Of a stretch of DNA of 64,000 nt, positions 1 through 9,684 are shown piece by piece (the first letter of the stretch is position 1; the number at the start of each line of letters is the position of its first letter). The position numbers were made by a program, and so were the translations under genes. Source of the DNA: an uncultured Gammaproteobacteria bacterium (GTDB lineage: Bacteria > Patescibacteriota > Patescibacteriia > UBA9570 > JBBTWU01). The stretch is from NCBI GenBank assembly GCA_964364425.1, contig CAYIMB010000001.1:6941-70940 (forward strand). Reading direction: 5' to 3'. The notes below the pieces were generated by a model. That model saw only the letters and a program-made list of their open reading frames with translations. It was not told the DNA's origin and did no database searches.

Positions 1-399
1 CTAGGTGCGCAAGTGGTGTTGGGCGGCAAGCGCAAACCCGGGCAGGGATTTTTCTTTGAACCAACCGTGGTGGTTAAGGTTACGGCTGATATGCCCATTT
101 GGAAAGAAGAAGTTTTTGGGCCGGTGCTGCCGGTGATGGTGGTGGAATCTGAAGATGAGGCATTGCGTGTGGCTAACGCCAGCCGGTTTGGGTTGGGTGC
201 CAGTGTGTGGACGCATAGTCCTGAGACTGCAAATCGATTTACGCGTGAACTTCAAGCCGGTGCCGTGTTTGTCAACGGCATGGTGAAATCTGACCCGCGC
301 CTACCATTTGGCGGAATCAAAAAATCTGGGTTGGGACGGGAGTTGGGCGAATATGGTATAAAGTCATTCGTGAACGCTAAAACGTTTTGGATTAAATAA
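1..399 (+). CDS. Aldehyde dehydrogenase family protein, C-terminal fragment (5' end lies outside the window)
   Basis: Translation shows the EEVFGPV motif and the ALDH C-terminal PFGGxKxSGxGRExG motif. The frame is open from base 1. Confidence 0.8.
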   Translation, partial: LGAQVVLGGKRKPGQGFFFEPTVVVKVTADMPIWKEEVFGPVLPVMVVESEDEALRVANASRFGLGASVWTHSPETANRFTRELQAGAVFVNGMVKSDPRLPFGGIKKSGLGRELGEYGIKSFVNAKTFWIK

Positions 400-401
400 A
401 C

Positions 402-1250
402 ATGAGACTGAGCGAACAAGCAAAATCACACGGTCGCCTGCGTACTCGAAGTCAAGATATGTTGGGAGAACAGCAGAGTGAATCCAATCCCATTGCGGAG
501 TTACAATTTTTGTTTACGCCAGAAGTGAAGGAGAGGATAGAAGATCCAAGTCAAATTCTCAGTGGAGAACATCGAACCCAATATGCCATAGCATATATTT
601 TGCAACAAGCGATTCCGGATTTAGATTTTTCTCGTCTTGAAGAAACTACTCGAGCACAACTCTCAACCTCTTTAGTTTTTGGATCCATGATTGCTGCTGA
701 ACTACAGAAAGATACCTTTGATCCCGCTTTGATTCGCATACTTGCTCTTGATGTGTCCTGTGCGCCTGAGCGTCGGTCAACAGTGGTCATTCCAGACAAT
801 GTATTTAACCATTGGCTACAGTTGTTAGACCAACGAGACCGGTCTGGAGACCAAAGCGCATTTTTAGTTGCTCAAACGTTATTTGATTTGCTTGTGCTGA
901 GACCAGATAAACAAGCAGACCTGCAAGACTATTTGCATAGTCATGGTTGGGATGAAGTATTATGGCGAGGAAAGCGGATTGAGGTCAGTGCTCATGCCTT
1001 AGCCACGGCTCAAGTTCGGGTAATTGAACCGCGGTATTCACTCACTCTTCAAGAAAGGAAAGCCTATCTACGTGAATATGCAGAAGCACAACAAACTCCA
1101 ATATTAGCTCCCTCAATCACGGGTTGGGCTGCTCTTGCCATTTTACTCAGTCCTGAAGTGGAGATGAATAGTCAGGGTCGAGTCGTTTTGAAAAATCAGA
1201 AACAAGCAGTTGATCAGCTCAGGCCTCTTCCGCCAAGAATAGTTGTGTAG
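402..1250 (+). CDS. Hypothetical protein (282 aa)
   Basis: ATG at 402, three bases after the upstream stop. No motif recognised. Confidence 0.5.
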   Translation: MRLSEQAKSHGRLRTRSQDMLGEQQSESNPIAELQFLFTPEVKERIEDPSQILSGEHRTQYAIAYILQQAIPDLDFSRLEETTRAQLSTSLVFGSMIAAELQKDTFDPALIRILALDVSCAPERRSTVVIPDNVFNHWLQLLDQRDRSGDQSAFLVAQTLFDLLVLRPDKQADLQDYLHSHGWDEVLWRGKRIEVSAHALATAQVRVIEPRYSLTLQERKAYLREYAEAQQTPILAPSITGWAALAILLSPEVEMNSQGRVVLKNQKQAVDQLRPLPPRIVV

Positions 1251-1323
1251 TTCACGGGTAAATCGATTTACTTGAGTTTTTCAAGGATAATTGGTAGAGT
1301 GGAGACCAATTTTTAGTTGATGT

Positions 1324-4251
1324 ATGAAAGAAAAAGGACAGAAAATAGGGCCGGCGCAAGGACCATTAGCCAAGATGGAAGAGAAGATTATTGCCTTGTG
1401 GAAAGACAAGAATATTTTTGAGCAAGTCCTCAAGAAAAATGAGGGAAAGCCGTACTGGGTATTTTTTGAAGGGCCGCCTACAGCCAACGGACGTCCGGGA
1501 ATTCATCATGTCTTGGGCCGTACATATAAAGACCTGTACTTGCGTTATAAAACCATGCAAGGGTTTATGATTAAGCGCAAGGCCGGATGGGACACGCATG
1601 GTTTGCCGGTGGAACTGCAGGTGGAAAAGGAATTGGAGATTTCTGGGAAACAGTTTATTGAAAATTTGGTACCAGGTGATAAGCGCGCGTCAATTGAACT
1701 GTTCAACAAAAAATGTAAAGAGAGCGTGTGGAAGTTTAAGGATGAGTGGGAGAAGCTCACGGTGCGTTCCGGTGTTTGGCTGGATGTGCAACATCCTTTC
1801 ATCACCTATGAACGTTCATATATGGAATCTTTGTGGTGGATCTGCAAGCAACTTTGGGAAAAGGATTTGTTGTATCAAGGGCATAAGGTAGTACCGCATT
1901 GTCCGCGGTGTGAAACAACTTTGTCTACACATGAATTAGCGCAAGGGTATAAAGAGGTGACAGAAACCTCTGTGTACATGAAGTTTCAGTCGGCGGATGA
2001 TCCTCAGACCTATTTTTTGAGTTGGACTACTACGCCCTGGACTTTACCGGGAAACGTTGGGTTGGCCGTGGGACCAGAATTTACCTATGTGAAAATAAAA
2101 ACCCAAGGCAAACATGGTGAGGAATTTTGGTGGTTAACAAAAGAACGTTTGAGTATATTGGAAGGTGTGGCATATGCAGTAGTGGAAGAGAAATTGGGTA
2201 AGGATTTGGTTGGTATGAAGTATCAGCCATTATGGCCAGAAGCTATTCCGCAAGCAGCCACTCACGGAACGCGCGCCTTTGAAGTCTTGCCAGCTGCCTT
2301 TGTGACCACCACAGACGGTACCGGAATTGTGCACACGGCTGTGATGTACGGCGTAGATGACTATGAGTTAGGTGTTAAAGTTGGCTTGCCGCAAGTACAT
2401 ACGGTGAATATGAACGGAAAATTTGTTGACCATATTCCCGAGATCGGTGGAAAATTTGTTAAGGCTGAGGCAGTGGAGAAATCGATTTTAAATTATTTGG
2501 AGGAGCACAATAATTTATTCAAACAAGAAAAGTATACGCACGATTATCCTTTTTGTTGGCGCTGCTCCACGCCAGTCTTATACTACGCCAAGACCTCATG
2601 GTTTGTGCGCATGACTCAGGTGAAGAAAGAATTGTTAGAAAATAATGAAAGTGTGCACTGGGTTCCAGAGCATATCAAACATGGGCGCATGGGAGAGTGG
2701 TTGAATGAATTGAAGGATTGGGCATTCTCACGTGAACGGTATTGGGGAACGCCGTTGCCAATTTGGATTTGCGAAGGTTGTGGAGAAAAGCATGTGGTGG
2801 GGAGTATGGCAGAGGTAGAGAAGTTAGGCGGCAGACCGTTGCCGGACCCACACCGTCCGTTTGTGGATGATGTGGTTTGGTCATGTGACAAATGCGGAAA
2901 GACCATGCGCCGAATCCCGGAAGTGGCGGATGTCTGGTTTGATTCCGGAGCCATGCCCTATGCTCAATGGCATTATCCGTTTGAAGGTCAGGCAGAGGTT
3001 GGGAAGTTGGAAGAACTGAGTGGTGAACAATTCCCGGCCGACTTTATTGTGGAGGCCATAGATCAAGCTCGCGGTTGGTTTTATACCCTACTGGCCGTAT
3101 CCACTGCCTTGGGCAGGCCAGCACCTTTCAAGAATTGCTTGGTCTATGGCCACATTATGGATAAGCAAGGGAAAAAAATGTCTAAGTCCAAGGGCAATGT
3201 GGTTGACCCGTGGAGTATGATTGATGCGTATGGAGCTGATGCTACACGTTTATACTTGATGGCTGCCAGTCAGCCCTGGGACTCCAAAAACTTTGACCCA
3301 GAGGGCGTGGCTGAAACCATGCGTTCAAACATGATGATTTTGTGGAATGTCTTGGCCTTTTGGAATACATTTGTGAAAGAGGCTGGATTGAACCGTGGGG
3401 TGACTGAGACGCCAAAAGCACAACATATTTTGGACAAATGGATGTTGTCTCGCGTGTTCCAAACTCAGCAGGTCATGACCGAACAGTTGGATCAATTCCA
3501 GGTTACGGAAGTGGCTCGTCAGATTCCTGCGTTGATCACAGATTTGTCCACTTGGTACATTCGTCGTTCCAGAGACAGATTTAAAACGGGCACACCAGCC
3601 GAGCGCCAAGCCGCAGCCGACACGCTTAGCTTTGTCTTACTGACACTGGCCAAGTTGCTAGCCCCTATCACCCCATTCATAGCTGAACAGGTGTACCAAA
3701 CCGTGGGTGGCTCAACTGATTCGGTGCATTTAGAAGATTGGCCGCACATGGAAGTTCCTCAAGATGAAGCTAAAGTATTAATAGAAATGAAGGGGTTGCG
3801 TACTTGGGTGGAGCAAGCCTTAGCCTTGCGTCAGGAACAGGGGATCAAAATTCGCCAACCCTTACCCGCCCTTACTATACCGGCTAAAAATCTTGCCGCT
3901 GACTTAACTGCAGTCTTGCAGGATGAATTAAATGTGAAAGAAATACGTTTTGGTAAAATCCTAGAGCTAGATGTGAACATTACACCTGAATTAAAAGCTG
4001 AGGGCTTAGTGCGTGAGTTTACCCGGCAAGTGAATGCCTTACGCAAAAGCACCGGACTGACTGTGAAGGATATTCGTCCTCTGTACATTGAAACAACTCA
4101 AGAGCTAAAAGCGGCCATTCAGGCGCATGAAGCGTTTGTGGTGCAAACCACCAAAGCTTCTGCCCTTCATTTTGGGTCGCTTCCAGCAGATGTTACGCCC
4201 ACTCCGGTCAAGGTGGATGCCGCAGTCGCCCAAGTTGGTTTTGGGCAGTAA
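1324..4251 (+). CDS. ileS: Isoleucyl-tRNA synthetase
   Basis: HIGH-type motif PGIHHVLG, KMSKS motif, Zn-binding CWRC, editing domain, 975 aa. Confidence 0.93.
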   Translation: MKEKGQKIGPAQGPLAKMEEKIIALWKDKNIFEQVLKKNEGKPYWVFFEGPPTANGRPGIHHVLGRTYKDLYLRYKTMQGFMIKRKAGWDTHGLPVELQVEKELEISGKQFIENLVPGDKRASIELFNKKCKESVWKFKDEWEKLTVRSGVWLDVQHPFITYERSYMESLWWICKQLWEKDLLYQGHKVVPHCPRCETTLSTHELAQGYKEVTETSVYMKFQSADDPQTYFLSWTTTPWTLPGNVGLAVGPEFTYVKIKTQGKHGEEFWWLTKERLSILEGVAYAVVEEKLGKDLVGMKYQPLWPEAIPQAATHGTRAFEVLPAAFVTTTDGTGIVHTAVMYGVDDYELGVKVGLPQVHTVNMNGKFVDHIPEIGGKFVKAEAVEKSILNYLEEHNNLFKQEKYTHDYPFCWRCSTPVLYYAKTSWFVRMTQVKKELLENNESVHWVPEHIKHGRMGEWLNELKDWAFSRERYWGTPLPIWICEGCGEKHVVGSMAEVEKLGGRPLPDPHRPFVDDVVWSCDKCGKTMRRIPEVADVWFDSGAMPYAQWHYPFEGQAEVGKLEELSGEQFPADFIVEAIDQARGWFYTLLAVSTALGRPAPFKNCLVYGHIMDKQGKKMSKSKGNVVDPWSMIDAYGADATRLYLMAASQPWDSKNFDPEGVAETMRSNMMILWNVLAFWNTFVKEAGLNRGVTETPKAQHILDKWMLSRVFQTQQVMTEQLDQFQVTEVARQIPALITDLSTWYIRRSRDRFKTGTPAERQAAADTLSFVLLTLAKLLAPITPFIAEQVYQTVGGSTDSVHLEDWPHMEVPQDEAKVLIEMKGLRTWVEQALALRQEQGIKIRQPLPALTIPAKNLAADLTAVLQDELNVKEIRFGKILELDVNITPELKAEGLVREFTRQVNALRKSTGLTVKDIRPLYIETTQELKAAIQAHEAFVVQTTKASALHFGSLPADVTPTPVKVDAAVAQVGFGQ

Positions 4252-4258
4252 CTAGCGT

Positions 4259-5011
4259 ATGAGCCGCATGGTCAAAACACAAGCGGTGGTCCTGCGCCGG
4301 CGTGATCTGAAAGAACGCGACAAATTGCTGACTTTGTACACCCAGGAACACGGGAAGCTGACCGTCAGAGCTATTGGAGCCAAAAAGATTGAGTCTAAAC
4401 TGGGAGGTCATGTGGAACCGTTTATGCGCACAGAGGTGTGCTTGGTTACCTCAAAAACCATAGACATTCTGGCCGGAGCCCAAGTGGTGGAAGCGTATCC
4501 ACAACTCAGGTCTTCCATTTCTGGAACTCACGCGGCCCAATATCTGATGGAAGTGGTGGATCAACTCACCCCGGACGGTCAGCAAGAGCCGAGTGTGTAC
4601 GAGTTATTATGTAGCGGTCTGGATATTCTGAACCAACAATCTAGGGTCAATTTTTTGACCGTTCAAGCCACGGTCCTCAAGATTTTAGGTCGCCTTGGAT
4701 TTGAACCGGAGTTAGACAAATGTGTGCATTGCGCTTTACCCACAGTATCAGGTGACTACCTGTTTAACGTCAGTGCCGGTGGTGTAACACATAGTCGGTG
4801 CGGGGGAGACATTACCTGGGCGGCACCGCAAGTTCAGTTTGAAACTATTAAATCCTTGCGTTTTTCCTTGCGTTCACCTTTAGATGCTATGGCCAGCCTT
4901 AGGCTCTCGCCAATTATCTGGGAACAACTGAACACCTGTATTGATCAGCTGGTTCTGACCCATAGTCGTAAACCCATCCGCAGTCGGCTGTTCCTAGCCC
5001 AAGCCAATTAG
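4259..5011 (+). CDS. recO: DNA repair protein RecO
   Basis: N-terminal OB-fold region (AVVLRRRDLKERDKLLTLYT) and C-terminal Cys-containing segment; the size is typical of RecO. Confidence 0.8.
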   Translation: MSRMVKTQAVVLRRRDLKERDKLLTLYTQEHGKLTVRAIGAKKIESKLGGHVEPFMRTEVCLVTSKTIDILAGAQVVEAYPQLRSSISGTHAAQYLMEVVDQLTPDGQQEPSVYELLCSGLDILNQQSRVNFLTVQATVLKILGRLGFEPELDKCVHCALPTVSGDYLFNVSAGGVTHSRCGGDITWAAPQVQFETIKSLRFSLRSPLDAMASLRLSPIIWEQLNTCIDQLVLTHSRKPIRSRLFLAQAN

Positions 5012-5026
5012 TGGTATACTATCCAC

Positions 5027-6886
5027 ATGAAAAAGAAAAAACAGCATAAGCCACAGATGCCGAACCCTGAGGAAGAACCGTCCCGGTTAGATGAGGCGGA
5101 AGAAGGAGAGCAGGCTGAGGGTGAAGAGCAAATCGAGATAGAAAAAAAGTCCGAACGGGCTGAGTTTTCCACTTTACCTGTAGATACCGAGGATATTTCT
5201 GACTGGTATCATGATGATGAGTATGAGGGTAAGGTGGACATGACTAAGATTGACCGCTCGGCCAAACGGAATTGGTGGCCGTGGGTGTTTGCTTTGGTTG
5301 GTGTGCTGGTGGTGGGTGCAGCGTTGGCTTTTAGCTACGTTACGTATTTGTCCGGGCGGCCCGCGGCTGAAGGGTCTGCCCGCTTGGAGCTGTCTGTTCC
5401 GGAAAAAACTGCTTCAGGTGAAGCTGTTGTAGTGGAGGTCACGTATGAAAACTCAGACAGCGTAGATTTTAAAACCGGCAAAATAGAAGTGGTGTACCCT
5501 GAAGGTTTTGTATTTGAATCCGCCAACCCGCTGCCTACCAGCGGCCAAACTAACTGGGAGCTGGGTGTTATTCCCAGCGGACGCGGCGGGAAAATATACA
5601 TCACCGGACAATTGGTTGGAGAAGTGGGCAGCAGCAAAATATTTTCGTCTTTCTTTACCTACCGACCAGAAAACTTAAATTACGACTTTCAAGAAATTGC
5701 TCAAGCTGAGGTGGATATTTCCTCGTCTACCATTCAGATTGAAATTGACAGTCCGGAACAAGCCCATACAGGACAAGATATAGCATTAAAAGCCGAATTT
5801 AAGAACACTTCAAGCTCTCCCATTAAAGACGTGAAGGCCAAAGTGAAGCCTCCGTTAGGCTTCACTGTAACCTCAGTTGATCCGGAGGCCCCTGCGCCAG
5901 ATGATCTGTCTTGGCGTTTTGATGAAATTCAGCCAGGTGAGTCACAAACAGTGACTTTGCGCGGAACCGTTCAAGGTGAATCAGGTCAACAGCAAGCCTT
6001 CTCTTTTGAAGCCGGTTTTATAGAGATTGATGGTCGGTATAACGTGCAAGTGGAAAAACAAGCCTTGGTCTTACTCATCAATCCGTCCATAGAGCTGAAG
6101 TTGGATGCACCGGAAAAGGCGGCACCGGGCGAAAAAATCACCTATACCGTTACCGCCACCAATACATCTGATGTTCTGTTGAAAAATGTTAAACTACGTT
6201 TGCTGTTGGAGGGAGATTATTTTACAGAAGAACAGTTGGATCTGGCGGTGATAGACGAGTTGGCGGCTCAGGAGTCCAAAACAGTCACTGCCACCACCAC
6301 TTTGAAAGAATCAACTAAAGCCAGAGACTTAAGTCTGTCGGCGGTTGTATCCGTGCGTCAGGTGACGGTAGACGGAGAACAAACCACCATCACTTCCACT
6401 GCTTCAGTCAGCACGCAAGTAGAAGGTTCACTCTCTTTCTCGGCTCAAGCCAGATACTTTGATGACAATCTACAAAAGATTGGAGACGGTCCTATTCCGC
6501 CAAAAGTTGGTGACAAAACAACGTATGTGATCTGGTGGGATGTCACAAGTGGTCCATCTGACCTGAAACAGTTCACCGTGTCTGCACAACTGCCGGATGA
6601 TGTGACTTTTGAAACCAGTGATCCAGATATTACCTACACCGCAAAAACGCGTACAGTCAGTTACTCTTCCTCCGTATTTAAAGCAGACACCAGTAAACAC
6701 TTGGAGTTTTCCGTGTCCATTACGCCAACTCCAGATGACTTTAATGGTTTGATGGTACTGGTGGAAGCCGGTTCAGCCCAAGCCGTGGACACATCATCTA
6801 ACGACACCTTGACCGCAGATACAGAACGGCTCACCACTAATTTGGATGGAGACCCGGCCGCAGAAGGAAAGGGAGTAGTGGAGTAA
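5027..6886 (+). CDS. Membrane-anchored surface protein with DUF11-type (conserved repeat domain) Ig-like repeats
   Basis: Acidic N-terminus, one TM helix, then repeated ITYTVTxTN...LxGTVQGE-like modules. Confidence 0.6.
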   Translation: MKKKKQHKPQMPNPEEEPSRLDEAEEGEQAEGEEQIEIEKKSERAEFSTLPVDTEDISDWYHDDEYEGKVDMTKIDRSAKRNWWPWVFALVGVLVVGAALAFSYVTYLSGRPAAEGSARLELSVPEKTASGEAVVVEVTYENSDSVDFKTGKIEVVYPEGFVFESANPLPTSGQTNWELGVIPSGRGGKIYITGQLVGEVGSSKIFSSFFTYRPENLNYDFQEIAQAEVDISSSTIQIEIDSPEQAHTGQDIALKAEFKNTSSSPIKDVKAKVKPPLGFTVTSVDPEAPAPDDLSWRFDEIQPGESQTVTLRGTVQGESGQQQAFSFEAGFIEIDGRYNVQVEKQALVLLINPSIELKLDAPEKAAPGEKITYTVTATNTSDVLLKNVKLRLLLEGDYFTEEQLDLAVIDELAAQESKTVTATTTLKESTKARDLSLSAVVSVRQVTVDGEQTTITSTASVSTQVEGSLSFSAQARYFDDNLQKIGDGPIPPKVGDKTTYVIWWDVTSGPSDLKQFTVSAQLPDDVTFETSDPDITYTAKTRTVSYSSSVFKADTSKHLEFSVSITPTPDDFNGLMVLVEAGSAQAVDTSSNDTLTADTERLTTNLDGDPAAEGKGVVE

Positions 6887-6902
6887 AACAGGACGACAGT
6901 CC

Positions 6903-7496
6903 TTAATCTATATTGTTTGGGCTGATTATGTGTCTGACCATACTGGCTAGGGCAAAGGCAATGGCTAGTCCAAAGGTGATTTCCGCAACACCCAGGACCC
7001 AGGGCCAGTTCATGAGGTAGACAATCAAGAGTAACAAACCTACCACTTCAAAAACAGTTTTGAGTTTTCCATATATGTTAGCCCCGAATTTTCGGTCAGG
7101 TAAATTTTTGCTTGGTACCAGAGAGAAAATTAAGCCAGTTAGAAGAAACACTAATTCAATTAACGCCAGCAAGGTAAAAATCCTGAGGTCTAAGACTTGC
7201 CAACCTAAAATCCAGAACAAGACAAGAAAGATCACTTTATCTGCAATGGGATCCAAGACAGCGCCGGCTTTGGTCACTTGGTTGCGTGAACGGGCTAATA
7301 CCCCGTCCAGTACGTCTGTAAAGTAGGCAGCAACCAGTAAGAAAGCCGTTGGAACCGCTTGTCCGGCTAAAGCAAAGTAGCCAATGGGGACAACCATGAT
7401 CAAACGGAAGACGGCCAAGCCGTTGGGCGTAATCCACAAGGGGAGGGCATCTGCCAGCGGTTTAAACAGTTGATCTTTTGATTTTAATATGTCCAT
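6903..7496 (-). CDS. CDP-alcohol phosphatidyltransferase
   Basis: DG(x2)AR(x8)G(x3)D(x3)D motif (DVLDGVLARS...AVLDPIADK). The ORF-track start was GTG at 7505; the ATG lies at 7494-7496. Confidence 0.8.
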   Translation of the reverse strand: MDILKSKDQLFKPLADALPLWITPNGLAVFRLIMVVPIGYFALAGQAVPTAFLLVAAYFTDVLDGVLARSRNQVTKAGAVLDPIADKVIFLVLFWILGWQVLDLRIFTLLALIELVFLLTGLIFSLVPSKNLPDRKFGANIYGKLKTVFEVVGLLLLIVYLMNWPWVLGVAEITFGLAIAFALASMVRHIISPNNID

Positions 7497-7513
7497 ACTG
7501 CACACTGTAGCAT

Positions 7514-8614
7514 ATGTTGAATCAAGCGTTTACTCTTGCCCATACGCATGAGTCCGGAATTCGTCGGGGCGTGTTGCAGTTGGGTCATGGTCCGGTGGAA
7601 ACTCCGGCATTTATGCCTATAGCCACGGTTGGGGCAGTCAAGGCGTTAACCATGCAACAGGTGGCTGCCCTGAAACCCAGCATCATTTTAGCTAACACCT
7701 ATCATTTATCACTTCGTCCTGGGCTAGAAGTGATTTCTGCAGCTGGCGGATTACACAGGTTTATGGGTTGGGATAAAAATTTACTCACGGACTCGGGTGG
7801 TTTTCAGATTTTTTCTTTGGCCAAATTAGTTGAGCGGGACTTAGATGGAGTGTCTTTCCGCTCCCATATTGACGGAAGTTTAGTCCGTATGACACCGGAG
7901 CGGTCCATGGAGGTTCAAACCGTTTTGAACCCGGATATTGCCATGTCGTTTGATTGGTTTCCCGGTTTCCCGGCCAAAGAATCTGAGGTAGAGGAGTCGG
8001 TCAAACACACCTCCGCATGGGCCTCCCGGTCTAAACAGGCTTTTCGGGGTGACGGGTTGTTGTTTGGGATAGTCCAGGGAGGGATGTTTCCGGAATGGCG
8101 AGAACGTTCTGCGGCAGAACTCTCAGCCATGGACTTTCCCGGATACGCAGTTGGCGGGTTGGCCGTAGGAGAATCATTTACTGAACGTGAACGGATTTTG
8201 CAAACGACTACGCCATTTTTACCTCAACACAAACCTCGTTATGCCATGGGTGTTGGTTTACCTGAGGATATACTATCAGCCGTTCGGGCAGGGATAGACT
8301 TATTTGATTGTGTGATCCCAACGCGTGAAGGCCGTCACGGGAAAATTTATACCGGAGGAATGTTGAATGACGACCTGACCCGCGTGGAGTACCATACCAT
8401 CAATATTTCCTCGTCTGCTTATAGGCTTGATATGTCACCGCTTGACCCAAAATGCGAATGCTCAGTTTGTACCACAGGTGTTACCCGCGCTTATACCCGT
8501 CATTTGTTTACCATAGATGAACCGGCAGCTTTTACAATAACCTCTGTTCATAATCTGTATTTTTATTTGTCCTTGATGCAACGCATTCGCGACCGCACAG
8601 AACAGGCTCACTGA
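7514..8614 (+). CDS. tgt: Queuine tRNA-ribosyltransferase
   Basis: LTDSGGFQ catalytic motif and the Zn site CxCxxC...H near the C-terminus. Confidence 0.9.
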   Translation: MLNQAFTLAHTHESGIRRGVLQLGHGPVETPAFMPIATVGAVKALTMQQVAALKPSIILANTYHLSLRPGLEVISAAGGLHRFMGWDKNLLTDSGGFQIFSLAKLVERDLDGVSFRSHIDGSLVRMTPERSMEVQTVLNPDIAMSFDWFPGFPAKESEVEESVKHTSAWASRSKQAFRGDGLLFGIVQGGMFPEWRERSAAELSAMDFPGYAVGGLAVGESFTERERILQTTTPFLPQHKPRYAMGVGLPEDILSAVRAGIDLFDCVIPTREGRHGKIYTGGMLNDDLTRVEYHTINISSSAYRLDMSPLDPKCECSVCTTGVTRAYTRHLFTIDEPAAFTITSVHNLYFYLSLMQRIRDRTEQAH

Positions 8615-9210
8615 CATTTTTTCCACACGCCAAGGTTGAGACTGCGCGCGGCTGTTTGAGCTGACGTGAAATCTGTGGCATGTGCCAGATCCGGGGGATA
8701 GACTACGGCGTAAGCTAAACCCTCCTCCACCAACAACTGGTTCACAAAGACGCCATCCACATACACATAACGTAAGAGTCGACCGAATCTATCCTGATCA
8801 GAAACGTCTCTCACCAGCTGAACGGTTTTCCCCTCCACTAATTCTTTATTCCGTTTGGTAGCCGCCTGGGCATAACACTCTACGTGAGGAAAAATTTCCG
8901 GCGTATCAATCCCAATGTAGCGAACGTATGCGCCGTTACTTAAAATAATGGTATCCCCGTCTACTACTTGGGTGACCGTTAACTCTTGATCAGCTCTGCC
9001 AGTTTCTGCTAATTGGGTCAATGCGGGGAGCTGTGGCCAACCGGTCTGATCAGCAGTCTGAGCCCCAACAATTTGGAATAACCCCAATAAAAATAGGAAG
9101 GCAAAGGCTATAGCGGCAAACGCCCCTTCTCTGCGGTGGAAGTCCCGCACGGCTTTAGCGGCCCGCCGGACATGGTGATGCCATTTAGGTTTGGAGTGAC
9201 TGGTAGACAT
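8608..9210 (-). CDS. Thermonuclease (SNase-like) family nuclease with N-terminal membrane anchor
   Basis: VVDGDTI...YIGIDTPE SNase motifs and an N-terminal hydrophobic helix. Confidence 0.75.
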   Translation of the reverse strand: MSTSHSKPKWHHHVRRAAKAVRDFHRREGAFAAIAFAFLFLLGLFQIVGAQTADQTGWPQLPALTQLAETGRADQELTVTQVVDGDTIILSNGAYVRYIGIDTPEIFPHVECYAQAATKRNKELVEGKTVQLVRDVSDQDRFGRLLRYVYVDGVFVNQLLVEEGLAYAVVYPPDLAHATDFTSAQTAARSLNLGVWKKCQ

Positions 9211-9262
9211 GGGAACAGTCTAGACAGATGCGTAAAGATACGCAACTTGGTATACTGTCCCC

Positions 9263-9679
9263 ATGTTTGGATTGACTGGACAAGTGATAGGATTTATTGC
9301 CAAAGATATTGTTTGGAATACGGTGTATTTTCCCATTTGGTGGTACACCCGTGGGATTTTGCGTATCTTGGTGTTAATGAAGCACCAAGTGTCCAGCCTG
9401 GCCCGCACATTGCATTTACCCACGTTGTTCAAATATTTGTTGAAACCAATGTACGGCTACACAGACATCATTAGTCGGATCATCAGTTTTTACGTACGCA
9501 TAGTTCAGTTTATTGTTCTCTTGCTGATCACGTTGGTTGTGGTTGTAGGCCTGGTAGTCCTCTTAGCGGTGTGGATTACCGCGCCGGTCTTGGTTCTGTA
9601 TGGAGTTGCCTTCCACTTGGGTTGGATTGAGTTTAATCTTTATGCCTTGATTGCATGGAACGTTGGACTCCCAGTGTAG
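9263..9679 (+). CDS. Hypothetical integral membrane protein (138 aa)
   Basis: Several hydrophobic helices; lies directly upstream of the Clp-like gene. Confidence 0.5.
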   Translation: MFGLTGQVIGFIAKDIVWNTVYFPIWWYTRGILRILVLMKHQVSSLARTLHLPTLFKYLLKPMYGYTDIISRIISFYVRIVQFIVLLLITLVVVVGLVVLLAVWITAPVLVLYGVAFHLGWIEFNLYALIAWNVGLPV

Positions 9680-9684
9680 TTGGT

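Noticed and set aside
1281-4251. Multiple short antisense or overlapping ORFs within ileS, and similar ones inside clp, atpA, gyrB and the helicase
   Set aside because: These are ordinary shadow ORFs inside long, well-supported genes.
9136-9474. 112-aa plus-strand ORF overlapping the SNase start and the membrane-protein gene
   Set aside because: It overlaps two better-supported genes in other frames and has no recognisable features.
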